Source: a candidate division FCPU426 bacterium
GTDB taxonomy: Bacteria > Oederibacteriota > Muellerivitia > Muellerivitales > Muellerivitaceae
NCBI GenBank assembly: GCA_963738405.1
Contig: CAVTWJ010000009.1
Span: 64,001 to 128,000, forward strand
DNA: 64,000 nucleotides
Reading direction: 5' to 3'
Shown piece by piece: positions 57,534 to 64,000 of the stretch. The notes beneath the pieces are model-generated. The model ran no database searches. It saw only the letters and a program-made list of their open reading frames with translations, and was not told the DNA's origin. Position numbers and translations under genes: made by a program. Each line of letters opens with the position of its first letter. The first letter of the stretch is position 1.

Positions 57534-58637
57534 TCAAGCGCCAAACCCTTGGGCCTTCGGAAACCCTTCCGGTGTCATTCCCGTGTCATTCAACTTCCGG
57601 ACACGACTCAAGGCTTCCTTGCGGTCGCCCCGGTCGATACGGTCGTACTTCCTGAAGACCGCGTACGTCTTGTGTCCTGAGATCGACATGATCGTGGAAT
57701 CACTCACCCCGGCTTTCCGGAAGTTCGTAACCGCGCAGTGCCGTAAATCATGGAAATGAAAGTCCGTGATATTAGCACGCTGGCACGCCCTGAGGAAAGC
57801 GGTTTTAGGGTCTTTCAACCCATGGCCACGGAAATTGAAGACATAGGGACTGCCCAAGACCTTGGGAACCTTCCTGAAAAGGTCGATCAAACCCTCATCC
57901 AGGGGAATTTCCCGTGCTTCCTGGGTTTTGGTATCCTCGGACTTCAAGGTGATGATATTTTCCTTCAAGTCCACCTGATCCCACTTCAACCCAGTGATCT
58001 CGCCCCGCCTCATGCCCGTGACGTAAGCTAACTGCACGACGGGCCTGTAATGCGAGGAGCAGTTCTCCAAGAGCCTCTGGAATTCCTCCGGGGTTAATGT
58101 CCGGTTCCTCGAAGTCTCCCGGAACATCCTGACGCCTTCCACCGGATTCCGTTCGATCTTCCTGTCCAGCACCGCCCTACGGGCGATGGTCTTCAGGCAG
58201 GCAATCTCTCGGTTCAAGGTGGAGCCCTTCAGGCTCTTTCCCTTTTCCTCGGCCTTCTTCTTCCGTTGGGTCAGGTAGTCTTCCACCAAACTTGGCGTCA
58301 AGCTTTCCAGGGTTCGCCCCCCGAAAAAGGCCCTCAAGGCCTTCACCGAATGAGTATCCCTGATGAAGCTTTTTTTCCTCGCCTCCGAAAAGGCCAGGAA
58401 GGAATCCGCCGCTTCGTCGAAGCTCACTTTAGGTTTGTCGTTGGGCAGAAATTCCTCCGCCACGATCTCCTTCATGTGCTCCGCCAAAATCCGCTTGGCT
58501 TGGACCTGGGGTATCAGGCCTAACCTAACCCTCTTGCGCTTTCTTAAACCCCCTTCCTTGACGAAATAATCCAGGAAATACCCCTTACCATCCTTGCGGA
58601 GGTGTTGGGGCAATCCATGAACATTAGGTTTGCTCAT
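57534..58637 (-). CDS. Tyrosine recombinase/integrase
   Basis: TGMRRGE, HFHDLRH, SGH, KY: catalytic R, HxxR, H, Y intact. Confidence 0.95.
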   Translation of the reverse strand: MSKPNVHGLPQHLRKDGKGYFLDYFVKEGGLRKRKRVRLGLIPQVQAKRILAEHMKEIVAEEFLPNDKPKVSFDEAADSFLAFSEARKKSFIRDTHSVKALRAFFGGRTLESLTPSLVEDYLTQRKKKAEEKGKSLKGSTLNREIACLKTIARRAVLDRKIERNPVEGVRMFRETSRNRTLTPEEFQRLLENCSSHYRPVVQLAYVTGMRRGEITGLKWDQVDLKENIITLKSEDTKTQEAREIPLDEGLIDLFRKVPKVLGSPYVFNFRGHGLKDPKTAFLRACQRANITDFHFHDLRHCAVTNFRKAGVSDSTIMSISGHKTYAVFRKYDRIDRGDRKEALSRVRKLNDTGMTPEGFPKAQGFGA

Positions 58638-58891
58638 AACTGCCTCCTAATGTCCCCAGCACTTTGCATTTTATCAGCCCCTAAGGGGGAATAGGTAAGG
58701 GGTTTTTGAAAGACCCTAAGGAAAACCGAATACCAGACCCTGGGGAATTTTCCGACCTTCACAAAGGGAAGCATCCCCGCCTGCCGCCAATGCCGGACGG
58801 TATGGGGGGACACCTTAGCCAACTCAGCCACTTGCTCTTCAGTCAATAGATAGTCCTGAAACCGACGGTCATTCTTCCTGCGGTCTTCCAT
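58634..58891 (-). CDS. Excisionase-like HTH protein
   Basis: LLTEEQVAELAKVSPHTVRHW..GMLPFVKVG; RBS GGAGG; ATGA overlap with integrase. Confidence 0.85.
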   Translation of the reverse strand: MEDRRKNDRRFQDYLLTEEQVAELAKVSPHTVRHWRQAGMLPFVKVGKFPRVWYSVFLRVFQKPLTYSPLGADKMQSAGDIRRQL

Positions 58892-59252
58892 GTCTTGCCT
58901 CCGCAAATAAGATTTAAAAATAAAGACCCCGAAGGGGTCCTACCTTCAGGGAAAAGGGTGAAAAACCCCGCCGGTCCCGTCAGGGACATGCAGGGGGGTT
59001 TTTCACGGTGTTGCTGTTCGACGTACGCCTTTGCTTCTTCTTTAACTTCTAATATCTTCACGCCCGCGCCCGCGTTTACTTGGTTGTTAGAGATGCCAGC
59101 CCCCACTACCGAATTCCAGTTATCAAGTATTGATACTGGGGGAGTGGGGGCTGGCGTCGAAGAACAACCAAACTCTTTGTAAACGCGGGCGTTTCCTTCG
59201 ATTTTGGGTTGAGTCTGACTCAACCTCTGACTCAAGTTTTGAGACCCCTTAT

Positions 59253-60149
59253 TCATGCCGTTTGTCTCGTTGGGTTATCCCCGGTTTGGGGGTTCTTGAG
59301 GATGGGGTCTTTCACGAAGGGTAGGTACTCTCCGTCCAGGTTGACCCAAGGCACCTGCCGGAAGGGAATCCGGGTCACCTTCTCAAAGAAGGAAAAGCCC
59401 CAAAGCCCACGTCTCCGGGGGTCACCCTTCAGGAAAGTCTCCAACCCTTCTAGCATCCTCACCGCATGGGCCTTATCCCGGCTGACCACCAGCCGGAAGG
59501 CGGTGGGGAAGTCCCGGTCGAGGTTGAGGACCATGGCGGTCATCTTGTCCCGGTTGTAGGAGGTATGCTCGTACTCCAGGACAAAGCCATAAGCCTTGCC
59601 CTCCAGGGTGGCTTCGAAGTACCCGTCTGGTGTACGGTCATGGACCCGGTGAAGCTTGGCCCCGGCCAGGTCCCAACCCCGGCCCTGGCATAGGGCCCTC
59701 TTCCAGGCCATCTTCAACCCACACCGCATTTCGTAGTCCGAAAGCCAGGTCAGCCCTTCCAGCCCCCCGCCCTCCTCAATTTGAATACGCATAGCAAGCA
59801 CCCGCTTGTCATGCTCCCTTTCAAAGAGGTTGATATGGGGGGATCGGATTTCGGGGGAGGTAAGGATTCGGGCTATCCCCGCCAGGTGCTTCAAGGCCGG
59901 ACGGGTCAGGCAATAGAAAGAGTCCTCGTTGGGAAGTTTCCTTGACCTTAAAACCAACCCCTTTTCCACCATGCGGTTCAAATGAAGGCAGGCGGTCCAA
60001 AGGGAATGGTTGGGGTGGAACTTCCTATGGAAAAGGTTGGTGGTGATGAATTTGTTGGAATGGATATAGGCCAGGGTATCCACGTCTCTGGGGTCCAGGG
60101 ACAGGATAAAGCCAGCCGGTTTCGGGGTGGGGGTTGGATTAGGCAACAT
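59253..60149 (-). CDS. Replication-relaxation (Replic_Relax) family relaxase-like protein
   Basis: N-terminal wHTH (RD..TL..I..FIT..L..M..GLV), HD motif, TPDGYF..LEYE; directly downstream of a coupling protein. Confidence 0.75.
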   Translation of the reverse strand: MLPNPTPTPKPAGFILSLDPRDVDTLAYIHSNKFITTNLFHRKFHPNHSLWTACLHLNRMVEKGLVLRSRKLPNEDSFYCLTRPALKHLAGIARILTSPEIRSPHINLFEREHDKRVLAMRIQIEEGGGLEGLTWLSDYEMRCGLKMAWKRALCQGRGWDLAGAKLHRVHDRTPDGYFEATLEGKAYGFVLEYEHTSYNRDKMTAMVLNLDRDFPTAFRLVVSRDKAHAVRMLEGLETFLKGDPRRRGLWGFSFFEKVTRIPFRQVPWVNLDGEYLPFVKDPILKNPQTGDNPTRQTA

Positions 60150-61950
60150 ATTCGTCCCCCATGAAGTCATTGTGACGCTTGGGGCCTTTGCCTTGCGTTC
60201 CGCCTTCCCCTTCCTTTATCAATTCAGGAATAGAACTTTCGTTCTTCCGGTTCCTATGGATGCTTGAATCCGTGGAATAAAAGGGTTGGTAATCCGCAGG
60301 GGCAGTTTCGGCGGGGTTCAAATTGACCTTCCCGACCTTTACCCCACCGTTATCCATGATCCGGACAATGGCTTGGCCCACCATCAGCTCCTTGATCTGG
60401 TTGGGGTGGACACGGAACTTCTCCACCTGGGGTTTGGAATACCCGGCCATCTGGCCCTGGGAATTGTAGCTTTCCGTTCTGTATTCAGTATCCCGTTCGG
60501 TCCCGATCTGCCGGGCAAAGATCTCGGCTGTGTCGGGGTCGTTGACCCTGAGGATGATCTTGTTGCTGGCGGTATTCATGACCTGTTCCAAGAACTCAGG
60601 GGATACCCACCTAAGGTCACCCATAGACTGGTGGGCTAAAAAGAGGTTCACCTTGGCTTCGCGGCACTTGTTAATGAAGTCGATGAACTTCGGATAGGCG
60701 ATGTTGTAGAACTCGTCCAGAAAAACCCGGAAAGGCTTGTCGGGGATCTCCTTATACCGGTCGGACAATTGCTCGGCCAAATCCATCATGGCGAGAATAC
60801 AAAGGGGTTTGGAGTCCTCGGGATACCGGGCCGAATCCGGTGAAAAAAGAAAGATTTGGCCATACTCTAAAATGCTCTTCATCCGAATACTCGGTTTGCG
60901 GACATTGAGCAAATAGGACCATTCGCTATTGCAGAACCTTTGAAGCTTGGTGACCAAGCCGGAAAGTTCTGTCCTGCGGTCTTTAGGTGATTTACCCAGC
61001 CATTGGTCACGAAAGTACCGCGCATAACCGGTATCTGGGTATCTTGCGCAAAACCATGAGATTGTCCTGAAGGTGTCCACTTCCTGGGTTGCGGTCAATA
61101 AGTCCTGAAAGGTGATGGTTTCTATCTTTAGCTTGAGCAATCCGATCAAGTTATGAAGAAAGGCTTCCGCTAATTTGACGTAATAGGGCTCGGTGTTTTG
61201 TGTGTCGTAGTACAAGGCTGTAAAAACTCGGTTGGCGATTGCGTCCGGATTGTCGCCAAAGAGGGGGTTATAGGTGTTTGATTTGGTAGGTTCGGCTAAT
61301 GAAAATAAATACTGGGCTGTTTTTTGCTGTTTAGAGCCGTAGTAAGAAATGTCCTTATACATGTTCGACTTAACATCGAGAATGAAACATCCGACTCTTT
61401 GCTCGATGGTCTGTTGAATAAAAGGTTTGATGACGTAATGGGTTTTACCAGTGCCCGTTCCACCGATGATTTGGGTGTTTTCATGAAGGGCGGATGTGGA
61501 AATCCCAATTTTCTTTTTCTTGTCCAAGAAGAGTGGGTAATCGCCCAATCGTTTGTTGATATTGGGAGTTCCATTTGGCTCCCAATAGAGGAAGAAAACT
61601 CCCATTGCGGCTGTTGATACGATAAGACCGACATGGGGGAGATCGTAATAATCAGTAATGGGGTCCAATAAACTTATGGCTGCGGAACCACACGCCGCGA
61701 TTTTAGTGAACCAAAAGATGTTCTCAGAATGCCGTAAGTAGTAAAAAATTCCATAAGAGATAGGGAATAACCAAAAAGGGAATGGGCCAAGGTGCAAACT
61801 GTTGATGAATTCGTTTCTGGGTAGGAAAGGGTTCTCTAAAGGTGCCATGCCTATGTAAGGCCGAACAATGTTTAAGAGAACAAAAAAATAGGGTGGAGCC
61901 AACAACATAAGAATGATCTGGTTGATAATCTTCTTTTCTTCGAATCTCAT
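60139..61950 (-). CDS. Type IV secretion coupling protein (TraD/VirD4-like ATPase)
   Basis: N-terminal TMs, GGTGTGKT Walker A, YNP, FLDEF Walker B, AHQS..L, DPDTAE. Confidence 0.9.
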   Translation of the reverse strand: MRFEEKKIINQIILMLLAPPYFFVLLNIVRPYIGMAPLENPFLPRNEFINSLHLGPFPFWLFPISYGIFYYLRHSENIFWFTKIAACGSAAISLLDPITDYYDLPHVGLIVSTAAMGVFFLYWEPNGTPNINKRLGDYPLFLDKKKKIGISTSALHENTQIIGGTGTGKTHYVIKPFIQQTIEQRVGCFILDVKSNMYKDISYYGSKQQKTAQYLFSLAEPTKSNTYNPLFGDNPDAIANRVFTALYYDTQNTEPYYVKLAEAFLHNLIGLLKLKIETITFQDLLTATQEVDTFRTISWFCARYPDTGYARYFRDQWLGKSPKDRRTELSGLVTKLQRFCNSEWSYLLNVRKPSIRMKSILEYGQIFLFSPDSARYPEDSKPLCILAMMDLAEQLSDRYKEIPDKPFRVFLDEFYNIAYPKFIDFINKCREAKVNLFLAHQSMGDLRWVSPEFLEQVMNTASNKIILRVNDPDTAEIFARQIGTERDTEYRTESYNSQGQMAGYSKPQVEKFRVHPNQIKELMVGQAIVRIMDNGGVKVGKVNLNPAETAPADYQPFYSTDSSIHRNRKNESSIPELIKEGEGGTQGKGPKRHNDFMGDEYVA

Positions 61951-62006
61951 ACCGCACCTGGCTTTCCGGAAAACTTCCGAGCAAAGCCTGGCGGGTATCC
62001 GCCAAG

Positions 62007-62210
62007 CTATTGCTTGCGGGTTTCCCAATCAGATTTGCGGCGCTTCCCAAGGTATTGGGCTTCTATAGCCCTCTGAATCAAGTCGGTCCTAGTTCTACCA
62101 GACCGCTTTTGCTCCGCCTCAAGAGCTGTAACTAAATCCGGCAAGAGACGAAGAATGATTCGAATTCCACCTTTGGGTTTAGGGCCGCGATTATTCTTCT
62201 GCATGGGCAT
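62007..62210 (-). CDS. Ribbon-helix-helix (CopG-like) protein
   Basis: IRIILRL beta strand followed by two helices (RTRTDLIQRAIEAQY). Confidence 0.75.
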   Translation of the reverse strand: MPMQKNNRGPKPKGGIRIILRLLPDLVTALEAEQKRSGRTRTDLIQRAIEAQYLGKRRKSDWETRKQ

Positions 62211-62248
62211 AAATTTATTCCAGCCTTTCTAAAACGTCAAAAGTATTA

Positions 62249-62276
62249 TGATATATCCTATATATCAGTGATATCA
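62249..62276. promoter_or_regulatory. Inverted repeats upstream of the RHH gene
   Basis: TGATATAT-CCT-ATATATCA then palindromic TGATATCA. Confidence 0.55.
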
Positions 62277-62369
62277 GTTGGCAAACTTAAAAATTACGGG
62301 TTTTAAGGTTTTTTTAGGGGTCGGTACAAAAACTTATATATCAGGGATGAAGATTTATTATTAAGAAAT

Positions 62370-62900
62370 TCACTTTTGCTTTTTAATTAAAAATGCGACG
62401 TCTTTGCCACCCTCATATTCATCATGAATACGAATGATTTCACTTTTTAAGATTTGCCGAATGTCGTATTGATCGGGAGAAAACATTCCCCCGTAAAGAA
62501 TAAGTTCTTTTTCATTCATAGCCACAACAAGAAAGGTGTGCCAAATATTTTTGTTGTAGGGTGGTTGAGACAAGGAAATTAGTAAAGGAATCTTTTGAGA
62601 GACGATATCCTCAATAAACTTAATCTTTTTATTCCCATCCCCTTTATCAAAAGTTTTTTCTGTAAAACTGACAAAAGGATATTTTTGATTGATTGCGTTG
62701 GCGACACTGCCAAAACTATTAAAGTGCAATTCGTCGGGTTTTCTGTCTTTGTCTAAATCAAAATCGTCTTGAAAGCTTTCGTAATTTATTCCTTTTACTT
62801 CTGCTGCTCTAAGGATTATTTCATACCCTGTTGGCACACAACCAGTTTGTGGCCGTTTTTGAGGTACTACGTATTTTTTCCATTCTGGTATGTACCCGAT
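62370..62900 (-). CDS. C39/papain-like cysteine peptidase-like protein; start uncertain
   Basis: Frame is open upstream of GTG 62837 and reads VPQKRPQTGCVPTGY; later PLLISL..WHTFLVV. Confidence 0.5.
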   Translation of the reverse strand: MGYIPEWKKYVVPQKRPQTGCVPTGYEIILRAAEVKGINYESFQDDFDLDKDRKPDELHFNSFGSVANAINQKYPFVSFTEKTFDKGDGNKKIKFIEDIVSQKIPLLISLSQPPYNKNIWHTFLVVAMNEKELILYGGMFSPDQYDIRQILKSEIIRIHDEYEGGKDVAFLIKKQK

Positions 62901-62911
62901 TTTTGATTTTC

Positions 62912-64000
62912 CTAACTATTCAATTTCGATTCAAATTTCTTCCAACTATTATTAAATTTTGTTTTGTATTGATTCGATGAACTGTTCCAATATTTAGCGA
63001 AAAGGATATGTAGATTTCTTCGCATAAAGAATGTTGAAACGTCAGCGGCCTTTTGGCCGCTACCTCTATTTTTTCGATAAAAATTAATTGCTGAATTAAA
63101 TACGTATTTAATTGAATTGTTAAATGGCCCAAACATTGGATCGCCAGTGATCCATTTATTTCTAAAAGCTGTAATCGAATGATCTGAGCGAAGAGTAATT
63201 TTTAAATATTTCCAAACAAAATTCACAACTAACCATTTAGCATAAGCTCTTTCCGGGTAACCTGATGCGACGTAACCGACATTTCGCATTAAGAAGTATC
63301 GATTTAAGTAATAATTTGGATCTGTATTAGGGAATATAGAATCATAATATTCTTCAAAAAGACCTTCTTTTCCCTGCCTTACTAAAAGTGGGTCGAGGTC
63401 GCAAGCTGCAACCGCCTGTGCCAGTTCCTCTTTTTTTATTAAAGAAAAATGTCTACCAAGCACTTCACGTTGGGCTTCGCTTTTTGATTGGCGTTTTCTT
63501 ATATAGTGAAAGTCTAATTTTCTGAGTTGCCTTTCAATGGCGATTTGTTTTTGATCGTTTGATCTTAGGTCAGATGGTCGTATTTGGTTTTGCCAATTCG
63601 TTGCAGAAACTATGTTAGAAACGAGTGCTTCGAAATTACTTGGGACACCTTGAATGTCTCTTGGAACACGAATGACACGCACTATTACGCTGCCAATAGA
63701 AGAATTAGAAGCCACACGTGCTAAAGTTCTTGTTGTTTGTTGACCATTAATAATTTGTGGATTTGTAACACTTAAAATATCTTTCCCGTTTTGGCTCCTT
63801 TTTTCAGCCTGGTCGCAAATTATTGTTATCCCATTGTTGTAATACCAAAAATACTCTGGTTCTTCCTTTAACGTTTTCTCCATATTCCTATTAATTTCGG
63901 TGCTGCCCAGGAATCCCCGAACATTTCTCGCGAATATTCTGACGCCAGAATTTTGAAATATTTCTCCAACTGAATGCCCATTCATGGAGAAAACCCATGA
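62912..64000 (-). CDS. AIPR (abortive infection phage resistance) family protein, 5' end outside window
   Basis: FARNVRGFLG, EPEYFWYYNNGITII, PQIINGQQT, TNWQNQI..DLRSN. Confidence 0.92.
   Translation of the reverse strand, partial: SWVFSMNGHSVGEIFQNSGVRIFARNVRGFLGSTEINRNMEKTLKEEPEYFWYYNNGITIICDQAEKRSQNGKDILSVTNPQIINGQQTTRTLARVASNSSIGSVIVRVIRVPRDIQGVPSNFEALVSNIVSATNWQNQIRPSDLRSNDQKQIAIERQLRKLDFHYIRKRQSKSEAQREVLGRHFSLIKKEELAQAVAACDLDPLLVRQGKEGLFEEYYDSIFPNTDPNYYLNRYFLMRNVGYVASGYPERAYAKWLVVNFVWKYLKITLRSDHSITAFRNKWITGDPMFGPFNNSIKYVFNSAINFYRKNRGSGQKAADVSTFFMRRNLHILFAKYWNSSSNQYKTKFNNSWKKFESKLNS

Larger units (their letters stand above)
57498..64000 (-). mobile_element. Integrative mobilizable element / genomic island, right end outside window
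   Basis: Integrase, Xis-like HTH, relaxase, coupling protein, RHH and AT-rich cargo, all on the minus strand next to tRNA genes. Confidence 0.85.

Noticed and set aside
58843..59256. 137-aa ORF between relaxase and xis
   Set aside because: Low-information sequence crossing hairpins and repeats and overlapping xis out of frame; the ATGA overlap with the relaxase stop means it cannot be fully excluded

Overview
A 64-kb, mostly GC-rich bacterial chromosome segment from a diderm organism (several predicted outer-membrane beta-barrels and lipoproteins). Most of it is housekeeping or accessory metabolism: msrA, acyl-CoA dehydrogenase, aroK, gpsA, thrH, cysH, zwf-opcA-pgl, tkt, a perR/fur-like gene with ahpC, an AmmeMemoRadiSam radical SAM enzyme and two rhomboids. 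Accessory modules: (i) a LuxR-type regulator followed by three lipoproteins (two Kelch/Asp-box propellers), two of them broken by single-base homopolymer frameshifts; (ii) a lipoprotein with a ZU5-like domain ending in an HFS motif and a Thr-rich tail with 195-bp tandem repeats; (iii) an ECF sigma with a FlgD-Ig anti-sigma; (iv) a three-gene toxin-antitoxin cassette between ~115-bp direct repeats, next to an AT-rich integron-cassette-like unit; (v) a Ser/Thr kinase-WD40 gene coupled to an FHA-class III cyclase with an atypical base-selecting residue; (vi) two tRNA-Ser genes abutted at their 5' side by an integrative mobilizable element (integrase, Xis, Replic_Relax relaxase, coupling protein, RHH) whose AT-rich cargo (C39-like peptidase, AIPR) runs off the right end. 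Two intergenic regions look like structured RNAs I cannot assign. All calls come from motif recognition by eye; no database searches were run.
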